Origin: the human T2T-CHM13v2.0 reference genome, Homo sapiens
Reading direction: 5' to 3' (one strand)
Length of the DNA: 64,000 bases
Assembly (NCBI RefSeq): GCF_009914755.1
Contig: NC_060928.1
Numbering within the stretch: position 1 is the stretch's first letter; every line of letters starts with the position of its first letter. This document shows, piece by piece, positions 44,840 to 57,935 of this stretch. The notes under the pieces were generated by a model. That model was given only the letters and a program-made list of their open reading frames with translations, made no database searches and was not told the DNA's origin. The translations under genes and the position numbers were made by a program.

Positions 44840-45392
44840 ATGTGTCTTACTTGTTGGCGACTGATCAAAATTAACTCCCCTATTCTCAGACACTAGTACC
44901 CAGATTTTCCTGTCCTTATCCACTCTTAGTTCATGAACTTCAGGTGAAGGGGACAGTCTCTACAGTTGGCTTCCCACTTTAGCTTGTTTAGTCAATGCAA
45001 TCCACTGTCATAACTACTGTGATTGCCTCGGGTTGGGTTTGTGACATACAAATGGCCAGTGAAAAGAATCTGGAAAAGCTTGTAGCTCTTCTAGGAAAGA
45101 CATATTCACTTTCTAAAAATGTGCTAAGCTGGTTGTATTAGTCTTGAATACCGTGTGGTCATCTTTTTCATAGCCTGAGATAAGCATGACTAAGAATGAA
45201 TACAAAGAGAGATATGAAAACAGATTTTTAATAGTGTGCTTAAATATTTGGATCCAACATGCTTTAGGTTATAGATGTTTCAGTTATATAAGACAACAGT
45301 ACCTCCTCCCTCCTCTACCCCACAAATGGGGTATTGTTATTATTAAGTCAGTTGGATTTCTCTTACTTGCAATGAAAACTAAATTCTAAGTA
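44840..45392 (+). mobile_element. Old MLT1 (J/K-like) LTR
   Basis: 3' end agtcagttggatttctcttacttgcaatgaaa. Confidence 0.55.
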
Positions 45393-46789
45393 TAAAATTC
45401 TTGATTATTTCCTGTTTCTATACTTATATCCCTTTGGATTTCTATTTGTTGTCTAAAGTATCCTTATTCAACCAATGTTCTATTTTATTTTGTTCAGGCT
45501 GCTTCACTTTTTCTCTTTTCTTTCAAGTTTATGTGGCATTACCTTCCCCATTTCCTTTAGTCTTCTGCCCATTACTCTGTTACTAGCTCTATTTTATTTT
45601 ATTTTTCTGCTGCAGCCAGATCTGATGAAAATTGTTTCTTCTCTAAGATATATTTTCTGACTTATGAGCAGGGTATACAGCTTTAGTAAAGTTGGCATAT
45701 TTAGAGAAATTCTAGTCACAAAATAGAGAAACTCTATGTTTTCCTTAAACCACTCAAGGGTAACAGCCGTCATTGCTTTCTATCTCCTGTGACATTTTCC
45801 TTCAGTATCATTGTCGCCTGATTTTAGCAACTAGCCCATTTCAGAAGTAGTAAAGTCCAAAATCCTTTGGAACCAACAAATTATTCCCAAATATATATGT
45901 GAATTCAGTATAATTAGAAGTTTAGGTATATAATGATAATGCATAATAAGCAAATAATAAAATTGTATTTCATAGATTACACACATGAAATATAGAGGAG
46001 CTACAGTAACAATATATAATGTGTGGTATTTCTTACATTAGATTGTATCTGTTCACATTCAAAACTCTTAAAAATTTTCTTCCAAAATGTCAATGAAAAT
46101 GAACTATATTTAAAAATTAAATTAAGTGTAAAATAAAGAATGATAGATAAATGACAATAGACATGTTGTCATCATGTCTATGATTGTCTGTGACAATCAA
46201 AATTCATTATCCTTCAAATAGTAGTTGACCTTCCTTTTCTTTTGGTTTTTGGCCCAAAACATTAATTTATATTCAAAGATTGCTTAGAAATAAATAAATA
46301 ATTATGGCTGATACTGAAAAGTTTCACAGATTTGGGTGATATCCAAAATTACAAATGATGTTTGAGGGTTATGCAACTGCAGTAGATCAAGAAAGTACAA
46401 TTTGACAAACCTTTCAGAGCTTCTTGTTATGATGTGGGAAGTAAACGTTGAATATGAAATAATCCTATTCCTTAGCTAGAGTCTATTGCAGGAGAAGATT
46501 AATCCACATATTGGCATGTAATGGGATTGGCAAAAGTTGTTTTGGGAAGACAAGACTAAGGATATTTCACTATTTCTGACAAAGTTAATGAAAGATGACA
46601 CAGAAAGAAATTATGTTTAAATAAGAGCAAGAGGATATATCAAATACTGGGTGGAGGTAAAGAATCTATTTCAAGTACATGAACAAGAATATTCAAATAA
46701 ATGAAAATCTAAAGGCATATTGACAAAGTCTCTCTCTTTGACAAAACTTGGGCAGTCTCCTCTGAGCCCTCTTTTCAAGCAGGCATAAA

Positions 46790-47140
46790 ACAAATAAATA
46801 AGTTGTGGTGTTACCAAGAATGAAATATTATGTAGCATGACATGAATGAATCTTGTGTACATTATACTGAGCAAAGCCAAGCCAATACCAAATGATACAT
46901 ATTGTGTGATTCCAGTTATATAAGTTCAAAAATGTTATAAACTATTTTATAGCAATAGCAATCAGAATACAGTTCATGTGGAGTGGACATTGACTAGAAG
47001 TGGGATATAGAGGATGTCCTAGACTGACTAAAATATTCTGAATCTTGGTTGAGTTTATGAAAACATTTACATTGGTGAAATTTATTAAATTTTAAATTTA
47101 GAATTTGTATATTTAACTGTTTTACTCAATTAAAAATTTA
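46790..47140 (+). mobile_element. L1M (MC/ME-like) 3' UTR fragment
   Basis: acatgaatgaatcttg...acatattgtgtgattccagttatataagttcaaaa. Confidence 0.7.
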
Positions 47141-47629
47141 ACCAAAAAGTAAATGCAATTAAAATCACAGAAAATGTTATAAACAACCAGATATTTACAA
47201 AGTGCGAGAAAAAGACATTTTAACATCTACAAGATGTCAAAAATGTATTTCCATAAACCTTTGTTATAAAGCTTCTTGAAGTTGTGCTCTATCAAATTAA
47301 GTGAATATTTCAATACATACTAAGACACAGAATACAGAAAACTGAGACTACAACTCAGATATTAGGTATAGTGAATCCCCAGGGTTATGATAAAAAAGAT
47401 TCCAGGTCAAAAAGTATGCATCAATATTAGAGAACAGGCAATTCAAATTGGTTGGGTTTACAGTCTTCTAGAGAAATTTCTTTAGGTAAATGAAATGGTA
47501 ACACCATCAGTAGGAGAGCCAGGAGACTCCAACTACAGAAAATATAATTGACCAGAGGTCCCAGCAGCAGTGTTCAGAAATCTTTAGTTGGATTTACAAT
47601 TGGGCCACCTCAGGACATTACTTGTTTTT

Positions 47630-47870
47630 AATATTTTTAAAAAGTATACAGCAGGAATGTATACTAATTATAACTGTATAGCTCAGTGAATAATCACAAA
47701 GTGAACACACTCATCTTACTGATAGCATAGTCAAATGCCCCAGCCTCTGCACAATCCCAATATCCTCTCTCCTCTCAAAGTTAACCATTTAACTTCTAAC
47801 ACCACAGAGTGACTCTTTTAGTGTCTTTGAATATCATATAAATGGAATATAGCATTATATTCTGTTTGGT
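47630..47870 (-). mobile_element. L1ME-like 3' fragment
   Basis: gctcagtgaataatcacaaagtgaacacac...catataaatggaat. Confidence 0.6.
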
Positions 47871-48967
47871 TGTGCTGGCTGCATTAATAGTGTTCTTTCT
47901 ATTCTCTTGAAGAGCTTAAGATACTTTTTTTTTTACTTCCTTAAATGTAGAGAAGTAAGTGGAGAAGACATCTGGTTCGCAGCAGGATAAAGTTCCAAGT
48001 ATCCAGGAAGCTTGCTTGATCAAGTAGATCAAGTATATTTTGTTTCCTTTCTTCTTTTCCCTGTTTCATTTCCTCATTCTCCAAAGAGCCTTTTCTGGGA
48101 TCATCATTTAAATTAACTCTTTGCACTTGAGATCTTGACTCAGCGTCAGTTTTTATGGGAAAACACCCAAGGCAATTTTAGTGGATGTTGTTGGTTCTAC
48201 CTTCAGATGTTCTTGCATTCCTTCCCCTGGTTCTTTGCCTTCCTCCTCTATTATATGTTTTTTTTCTTTCTATGTCTACACCTGTTTTTCTCCTCAGGGA
48301 CCTTACTTGGGCTATTAAACATGTTTTTATGGAAGTGTCTTAATAAATCACTTACATAGAAATCTCTCACTACTTACTTTGAGGCCTAAGACAGCAATCT
48401 TCTCCATATTTCCCCTACTCAACCATCTCTTCCACTATTTATTATAACTATTATTTGTATGTTTTTAACCAAGTATTCCAAGTTATATAATTTCTCTGAT
48501 AGCATAGGAAAATAATAATCTATACAATTTTTTTCAGAATGAATTTTTTTGGTTATTTTCCATCTTGATATGGGCCATTCAATCTTTACTTTTGTAGTAT
48601 TTTTGCATAAAACTTAGTTTAATTCCTATTTAATATTCATTTTTAAAGAGAGCCCATTGTAGATTAATTTATCATATATAGGGTGGGAAAATAGCTAAGA
48701 AAATGAAATGGGGCAGTTAACCACTCCAGATTACAAGTTTGTCTTAGAAAATGTCATTCCTGAATCAGGTAGTCATCTTTGAAATGCTTTTATGTGGCTT
48801 AACATTAGGATTTAAATAGTTGTTATCCAACTTGCAGAAATGTTCTGTAGGCAAGACATTCTCTTTTTTCGTATGTTTTCATGTTTATGGTCAAAACCTG
48901 CAAAACTGATTTATTTTCCTCTTTCCATGTTTCTTGCCTTTCAAAGAGTATATGATTTTTTTCTTAA

Positions 48968-49306
<339 letters not shown>

Positions 49307-50688
49307 CATTACCTCTATTTAAAGAATAATTTAAATTCTGTTTAATCCTATGTAAATGCCAAGTTTAGAATCATAAAGTAACTCCTAGTGTTCCCCATTT
49401 TTCATATTCTCTGATTTATCTAAAATTTTACAATGAAATCTTACTTTGGTCATCAGCTAAAACTGGATTATCATTCTTTGTTTTAAGAAAATAATAGGAT
49501 AATTTTTAGGTCTCTGTGTTTATGATTTCTAAAATTCAACTTTATAAAAATATGTTAGTGTAGCAAGAGCTAAGTTAAAGCTACGAAGTTTCTCTACTTT
49601 TATGAAGTTACCGTTTAAAAGTTAAAAAATGTTTTTTTTAAAGAAATTTTATGAGAAGCTCAAGATTTAGATAATTACAAATTTCTAGGTGTTTGGGAAA
49701 AAAAATGTAATTTCCACTAACCTACTTAAACGCACTCTATGGAAGTTTATTCAAATGGGAAATTCAGATAAATATATTATACAAGGACATAGCTTGAGGT
49801 GACTTAGAATAATGACAATGAAATTATCATCATTAAACTCTGTCACACCTGAATTAATAGCAAAGCAGTGATAGTTCTAAGGTAGTCTATTTAATTCTAA
49901 ATGCCGCTTTTTAAACTGCCTACTTTGATAAGACTTCTTTCAAACAATAGAATTTGTTTAAAGGAGCATAAGTAGTGGCTAGTCCAACCAATTGATATTA
50001 CAAATGACAAATTGTAGCAGGAAAGGCCCAGTCTTGTTCACTGTCATACAATATATAATTTCCAGGGTTAAATTTAGAGTCCACATTTGGGATTACATAC
50101 ACAGCTTTTTTCTTTTATTACAAACTTAGGTTTATTTGGAAGTCTTGCTATGTTGTTCCTGATTATTCACTCTAAAAAAATTGTAGGATTGAATTTTGGA
50201 TTAAAATATATGTAAAGCTAATGAATAAGTGTTTTTGGACATTTTAAATGTACACAGGAATTTCTGAGAAAAAAATACTGACAATAATTTAAATCAGTTA
50301 TTTTTTGGAATAACTATATGACTTAGGCCAGGAAATCTGACATGAGGAAATAATAAATAAGTGACCTTAGCTTCTACCTATAATTTATCAGATTTCAATC
50401 AACCTCTTCTCATTATTTTGAGGAGAAGTATAATCAGATTAAAGAAAAAAAAACTGTGGTGTCAACAATTATGTTAACATCTAGTACTAGATTTTGGGTT
50501 CCATATTCATATCTGATGTTAAGGATGGAAAATTATATGCATCTGTCATAGCATCTGTTGTAAAAAGTTATTTGCCAAATTCCAAATTATTTGCAAGAAG
50601 GCAATAAGGAAATTCCAATTTACGTAAATAATTATGCATACGTTGTTCCTGAAGTATAATACTAGAATGTGAAGAAAGAGAAAAAATG

Positions 50689-50991
50689 TTTTTTTTTTTG
50701 GTTGGTTGTTTGTTTTTGCGTCTCACTCTGTTGGCTAGGCTGGAGTGCAGTGGCACGACCTGGGCTCACTGCAACCTTCGTTCCCCCGAGCTCAAGCAGT
50801 TCTTCTGCCTCAGCCTCCTGAGTAGCTGGGATTACAGGCATGCACCACGCCCGGCTAATTTTTGTATTTTTAGTAGAGACGGGGTTTCACCATGTTGGCT
50901 AGGCTGGTCTTGAACTCTTGACCTCAGTTAATCCACCCTCCTTGACCTCCCAAAGTGCTGGGATTACAGGTGTGAGCCACTGCGCCCCACC
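50689..50991 (-). mobile_element. Alu (AluSx/Sz-like)
   Basis: Full dimer, degenerate T-rich tail; TSD approximately aaaaaa(g)tgttttt. Confidence 0.92.
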
Positions 50992-52569
50992 AAAAAAAGT
51001 GTTTTTTAAAAAGCAAATTACAAAATGGGAATACCATTCCAAGCTTTTAGTTGTTTTTGCATAAGAATTAGCAAAAGAAAAAAAAAGGTATGAAATTTTG
51101 TTGTTGTTATGTTGTTGTTTTAATGCCCATTGAGGGCTCCTGAAGCAAATTCAGGCCTCAGATAGGCTGGGCATTAGCAATGGCTTAGCATTTCATCCAA
51201 TTATACTTCCCAAAGGTGATCTCAGTTGAAGCATAACTTTCTCAGATTTTGTTCTCAATTTGAACCTAAGAAAATGGTATAATATTTTAAGGAAAAAGAT
51301 CTTACATCTGTCATGTATATATAAAATAGTGAGAATCTAATCAAGATCTTGCTATCAAATAGTAACAAGAATAAAAATATAGTATCACTTTTTTTTAACT
51401 TGTTACTCTTACTTGAGACATTTAAGAAAAAATTAGACTTTTTTTTATGTGGGGAAGTGGTGGGTAGTTGGAGAATGAATTAAAAAAAAAAAAAAAAGAA
51501 AAAACTAAATTACTCTGGATGACAAAGGGACAGGAGTGGCCAGAGGGGTTTTTAATGCAATGATACATGTGAATGTTTTTAGTCACTTTAAATTATGTCC
51601 AGCATCAGAAAGAAATGGCAAAATCTATTGACTACCAAACTTGTCAATTTTGGGCTACCAGAAACAATATTTCTGAATTCTCTAAGAATTCTTAAGGAGA
51701 AAGAATTGGTTGCATCTAGTCAGTGTTGAAATGCTGTTTACTGTTGTAACACTATAATAAACAGTATTTTAAAAAGCTACATTTCAACAGATGTCAAATT
51801 CTTGCTCCCATTATAAGAATAAGCCTATTTTGAAGTCCAATTATAGATATTGTTGGAGAACTTCTGGGTGCTGCCTAATTCCGAGCCTCGACATTCTTCC
51901 TGTCTCTGAAAGGATACTAAATCCTACATACAGATCCAGCTCTGCTTCCTTCTTAAAATCACTTTCAACCTCAGCCAGAGGCATTTTCAAAGCTGCTGCC
52001 TAACCTAGTAATACTCTGAATCATGTTGCTCTTGACTGCAAGTCAGTCTTCATCATGTGGTTTGTCTCTTCAAACACGGTTTCTGTCTTTTTCTCTGAAG
52101 ACTCTTTGCTAATTTGTTATAGTAACAGGCTTACTAACTTGCTCTGAATACCCAAGTCTCTGTGTTAGTAACCCATGTAAGATCCCATTTCTTTAGGATT
52201 CAGTTCCTGTTTTGCTTGGTTTTTCAGTGCCTTTTTTACTCAGAACACATTTGTGGCTGGGATGTAGCTATTCTAATAGTATTCCAGAGCATAAGGATTT
52301 CAGAGTGTGCCTCAGGGCTGGAAGTATGGAGAAGTCCCATGCTTGGAACTTCAGAATGCCCACACCCTACTTCATTTATTACAAATTTACTTAATTCATT
52401 ATATATGTTAGGAACTATTCTAGAAAGTACATTCATTCAAAATAGTTGCATTTTTAAATTCTGTAGTTTCACTATTTAAAAATATTTTCAAAATCATTGT
52501 GAGAGTATAAAATGCTAATATTTCAAATTAGTAAGAAAAGGAGCAGAGATTTTTGTGATTTATGCAGTT

Positions 52570-52800
52570 TCACACAGCAAATAATGACATCATTTATGAG
52601 TTATTCATATGTGCCTAACATTGTACTGGGTACTTTAGATGTGATCATTCTTTTCATCTTCTCAATGAATGAATTGGGTTAGTACAATTATCATTCCCAT
52701 TATAAATATGAGGAAAAGCAGCACGTCTATTAGGTGATGTATCCAGGCTTTGCATTCTGGAATTTGCCTCCACCTCCTTCAGAAGTCTTTTACCGTTGTG
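52570..52800 (-). mobile_element. MIR relic
   Basis: catttatgagttattcatatgtgcc...cattcccattataaatatgaggaaa. Confidence 0.6.
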
Positions 52801-54047
52801 TTAGAAACTCTGACTCCTGATTCAGAGACATTTTTATGGTCACCAACTCTTCCTGCCTACTCTAATTATTGTTTTGCATTAGAAATATTCCCAAAGTTTA
52901 TTTCTCAAAAATTAAATTATTCATTAAATTATTTACATATCCTTGCTTGAGTAAATATTTATGGCCTAAATGTCACTATCAACAGAGACTCATTGTTTCT
53001 TCTTAAATCATTCTGCAAATGATTGTACAAATCTTCTGCAAGTTAAGAGACTTCAATCTTCATGCGTAATTTTGTTAGAGATGAATTATAGCTGAATTTA
53101 ATAAAACATTTTTGACATGTTAGGTTATTAAATCTTACTTGGAAATGCTTAAATTGATTTTCACATGATCCCTATTTCATAGACTAGAGGAGATTGAATG
53201 GTATTGAAATACATATATATGTATAAATACATACAGTATTGATTTCTCTTTATTGGATTCCATCAAAATATATTTAACAAGAATTTTTGTAAAGTAAATT
53301 AAGTTTCCAAATGAATTCCATCATAAAATTAGAGACACAATCTTTTGGAATAATGTTTCCAAAAGAGCAAGTGAAAAACAGTTATTTCAAAAAGTAATTT
53401 TTATTAGAGACATTTCATGGCATAATCACAGCTACTGGAGATGTATTAGTACCCTTCGAGACACGTGTAACAAAAGACTCTGAGCTCCCAGAACATGCCT
53501 TTCTTTTCCTTCTGTCTATGTTCAATTTAGAAGAGCCTGGAACCAATAGATGTCAGTTAATCCACTATAGAAGATATGCTTTACTGATAATATCATAAAA
53601 TTATGTCTGAGATAAAGGTAAATATTAGTAGAGAAATATATGTAGAGGAGATAAAAAGGTTTAGTGTCCAAGTGTTTGCTGAAAATGATAAAGGAAACAT
53701 TTTAGTTTATATCTTCAAATACACATACACATTTTAATAGTTCACTTATCTCTAGTGTTAAAGGGAAAGAAGCCATTAACACATGTAGATTTTTGAGATA
53801 TTTAAAATGTAATTTATAGAACTATGTAATAAACCCAGACAAGAATTACAGTAACAGGATTGAGAGTTAATATAGCTCTAGTTTATTAAATTAAGATTAC
53901 ATCCATTTTATTTTGTTCATTCACAGGATTACATTTTATAGAAATATTTAGAGATAAGAGCTCATCAAAGTGATAATGTTTGGAGTGAGATCTGAAAACC
54001 ATTCACATTTTAAGAATCACTAAAAAAGGAGAAAGTACTGATATCTG

Positions 54048-54303
54048 TTTTACCTTGCAGAATGGCCTATAGTAGGATTTAGTCAGCCTTTGGAAGCCCA
54101 GGCCCATTATGAGATTGGAAATAATAATAGATGCATGTGTCAGTGAATTTGTGGATTTCCTGCCTAAACAAGAACAACTTATTATTATTTTTATTTGACT
54201 ATCACCCTTCACAAGGCTACTTGTCACAGGTTCATTTGCAAGGTCTAAATTGACTCTAATTCATGTAGTATTGACTATAACACCTAAGAGGGCAGTAACT
54301 TTT
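54048..54303 (+). repeat. Dispersed direct duplication, copy 1 (256 bp)
   Basis: Identical to 60860-61118 except for one ATT unit; the ORF track shows the same MTSSLVKGDSQIK peptide twice. Confidence 0.97.
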
Positions 54304-55095
54304 GTTCAAATAAGTGAATGCCCATCACATAAAACAAACAAACAAAAAAGACAATAAAAGTTGACCAAGTCCTAAGAGTTGAAAGTATAGTAGATATTCG
54401 GTCACTTTAAGAAGCAATTTTCTAATGATTATAATTGCTCCTAAATGAATCCTTGTGTTACAAGTTTAACCAGAGGACAGAAAACATTTTTTATTACAGA
54501 CCATTTTCCTTTAGAGAAACTCCATACCACTTTTTAGTAAGTTTTGTTTTCAAGTAGGGATATATATATTGGAGAAAGGACTAAATATATATATTTAGAA
54601 AGGACTAAAGTTTAAATAATATGTAAATTTAACATGAGTTCCAGGACACAAATAATAAAGAAATCTTTACTTATACCCAGAGTTGAAGATGATGGTGTTT
54701 GAAATAGCTCAAAATGCTAAAGAAAACTTAGTAGGTTGGAGAAGATTCCTGGAGACTTGATGTATAAGGAAGGGATAAATATACCAAAAATAGCTGAGAG
54801 AGTGTGCAAGGCAGAAGAAGCAGAATAAATAAATATATGAGAGATAAACACATGGAGAATTGAGGGAATGCATGGTATGAGGAAGATCAAAATGTGAGAC
54901 AAATCCAAACTTTGAAGAGTTTGTTTCCTGGCTAAAGTACACACCTATGGATGGTTTTTGATACTCAACCAATGGCAATTAAAAAGGCCTTACCTGGCAA
55001 GCCGGATGAGAAAAGCTGCCCTCTCCACATATGACTTGGGGCATAGCCAGTGTGTCGCAGTCTCTGAGGTGAGTTGCAGTCAAGGTTTCAGGTTG

Positions 55096-55278
55096 GGCCT
55101 GGCACAGTGACTCACACCTGTAGTCACAGCACTTTGGGAGATTGAGATGGGAGGATCACTTGAAGCCAGGAGTTCGAGACCAGCCCAAGTAACATAGTGA
55201 GATCCTGGATGCAAAAACAAATAAATATATAAAAATTAGCCATGTGCTGTGGCACATGCCTCCCAGCTACTCAGGAAG
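55096..55278 (+). mobile_element. AluJ, truncated in the right arm
   Basis: Left arm, linker and start of right arm; ends ccagctactcaggaag. Confidence 0.85.
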
Positions 55279-56292
55279 TACTGAATAACTATAGGCAATT
55301 ATAACACAATAATATTTGTGTATCTAAAAGTATTCAAACATAGAAAAGGTACAGTAAAAATACAATATAAAAGATAAATAACGGTACACAGGTACAGAGC
55401 GCTCACCATGAATGGAGCTTGCAGGACTGGAAGTTGTTCTGGGTGAGTCAGTGAGTGAAGAATTTGGAGGCCTAAGACATTATAGTACACTACTGTAGGC
55501 TTTATCCATTCTTATTCTTTATTATTCTTAGGCTTCACTTTATTTTTTAAAAATATTCTTTCTTCAATAATAAATTAATCTTATTTACTATACCATTTTT
55601 ACTTTATAAACTTTTAAATTTGTTTAACTTTTCTGATTCATTTGTAATAACACTTCTTAAAACACAAACACATTGTACAGTGGTCCAAAAGTATTCTTTC
55701 TTTACATTCTTATTTTATAATTTTTTTCTATCTTTAAAGTTTATTTTTGTTTTTACTTTTTAAACTTTTTGTTAAAAATGAAGACACAAACACAAACATT
55801 AACTTAGGCCTACACAGTGTCAGGATCACCAATATCACTGTCTTCCACCCTCCATATCTTGACCCACTGGAGGGTCTTCAGGAGCAGTAACTGGTGTGGA
55901 GCTGTCATCTCCTATGATAACAACACCTTCTTCTGGAATACCCGCGAAAGATCAGCCTGAGGCTGTTTTACAGTAACTTTTTTTTTTCTAAGTAGAAGTA
56001 TAACTCTAAAAACAACAATTAAAATCATAGTATAGTAAATACATAAGCCAATAACCTAGTCATTTATTATCATTATCAGGTATCATAATTGTGTGTACTA
56101 TATTTTCATATGACTCACAGTAGGTTTGTTTATACCAGCATCACCACAAACATGAGTAATGTGTTGTGCTAAAATTTTATGACAGGGAGAATGTCATTAG
56201 GTGACAGGAATTTTTAAGGTTTATTATAATAAGACCACCATCATATACGTGGTCTGTCATTTACCAAAATGTCATTATGTGGTGCGTGACTG
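55279..56292 (-). mobile_element. Tigger3b (Golem) Tc1/mariner DNA transposon, one end missing
   Basis: TIR cattatgtggtgcgtgactg followed by TA; internal gaatggagcttgcaggactggaagttg and ttaggcctacacagtgtcaggatca. Confidence 0.85.
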
Positions 56293-56430
56293 TACTATCA
56301 CATCACAGTCAATATTGAAATCTTGACTGTTACTTTCATTTTGCCTTGTTATCTTGATTGCCTACTATGACACCTGGCAGCTCAGCTCTCTCCAGCTGAG
56401 CTTGTCAGCTCCTGACAAAAGGAAGAAACT

Positions 56431-56992
56431 TGTGACAGTAAATTTTAAGTGTCAGGTGGACTGGATTACAGGATATCCAGATAGCTGATAAAGCATTATT
56501 TCTGAGTATGCCTGTGAGGGTGTCAGTGGCCTGAATAAGGAAGATCTGCCCTCACCCAATGGGAGCAGGTATCATCCAATCAGCTGAGCGCCTGGATACA
56601 ATAAAAAGGCAGAGACAATGTGAAATAGTTTGCTCTCTGTCTTCCGGAGCTGGGATACCATTTTTCTCTGCCCTTGGATGTTAGAACTCAGTGTTCTCCA
56701 GACTTCGGATTCTGGAACTTGCACCAGCAATCCGTCAGGTTCTCAGGCCTCTGACCTCATACTGAGAGTTACTCTGTAAGCTCCCTTGGTTCTGATGCCT
56801 TTGGACTTTGATTAATAGTTACACCACCAGTTTCACTGCAAGTTTCTCCAGCTTGCAGATGGCCTATTGTGGAAATTTTCAGCCTTTATAATCATCAGAT
56901 GAGTCAACTCACTTAATAAATCTTCTATCTATCATCTATCTATCTATTCATCTATTGTTTCTGTCTGTCTCTGGGGAACTCTGATTAATACA
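56431..56992 (+). mobile_element. MLT2B-like solo LTR with (TCTA)n
   Basis: tgtgacagtaaattttaagtgtc...ctgattaataca; TSD aaact / gaact. Confidence 0.88.
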
Positions 56993-57039
56993 GAACTGAT
57001 AAATAAGAATCTAGAAAGTGTGGAGTTCTGATTGAAAAT

Positions 57040-57530
57040 AATCCTGTGAGTAATAACGGGTGTCAATACTCTAGGCTCAGGCAGAAGTTATGGGAATGCC
57101 AGATGGATTTATTAGCTGTCTAGGAGGCAGATTCTGTATGATTTGTCCACTGATGATGTGAGGGCATGTTAAGTCATGAAGAATCATCAAGATTGACGTT
57201 TTGATTTATTTCTGGGGAGATTTGGTGGCTTTTGTTTTTCACTCACATACTAAGTAGAATCAGAGATGAATGCGAGAGAGGGGAGAAAGATAGAGAGAGA
57301 TAGGATGGGGGAAAGAGAAATAGGCTAGCTATTTAGAATAATCAGGGAGATTTTAGAAATAATTTTGATATCTATGGTAATTAAATCATGGCAGTGTTTA
57401 ATTCAAGGAAAAATGTGTAGAAAGAAAAGAGAAATAAGAAAATAACTCTGGACATACCAATATTTGAGGCCGTGGCCTAAAGTGTACAGCTGGTGAAGTA
57501 CACTAAAGGTGAAGTGGTAGAAGGAACATT
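57040..57530 (-). mobile_element. L2 relic
   Basis: Weak purine-rich L2-like motifs. Confidence 0.4.
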
Positions 57531-57739
57531 TATTGATTAATTTTTGCCTCATGTAGTTTTAGTCTCACCATATAAGTCTTTCCAGTTCCCCAAGTTCTTT
57601 CCTACTTCAGGGTCTGTGAAAAAGTTTATTTCTCTACTTAGAGAATTCTTACTTCCTGTGTCTCCCTACATCTGCTCTGCTATCTGCTATTCACTTACTG
57701 GCTTGAATTTAAAAATTTCTTCCTCCCTAAGATGAGTAG

Positions 57740-57935
57740 AAAAAAATCAGGAGGGTGGAACTAGACAAGCTGTGTTCAAATACCAGCTGTCTCACCTAAT
57801 AACTCCATGAATTGGAAATCTCTTAACCTCTCTGCACTTCAGCCTCCTCATATGTAAAATACATAATGAGGATTAAATACTGAGAGCATACAGAACCGTG
57901 CTGGTCCAGAGCAAGTGCTCAATCAACATTAGCAA
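57740..57935 (+). mobile_element. MIR inserted within an L2 fragment (about 57560-58075)
   Basis: ctcttaacctctctgcacttcagcctcctcatatgtaaaat...gaggattaaat; L2 end cagggcttagcacagagtgggcacttagtaaatg. Confidence 0.7.

Noticed and set aside
47940-48395. Possible old LTR fragments, also at about 46725-46785, 54720-55080 and 59060-59520
   Set aside because: Too degraded to assign family or boundaries without a Dfam search
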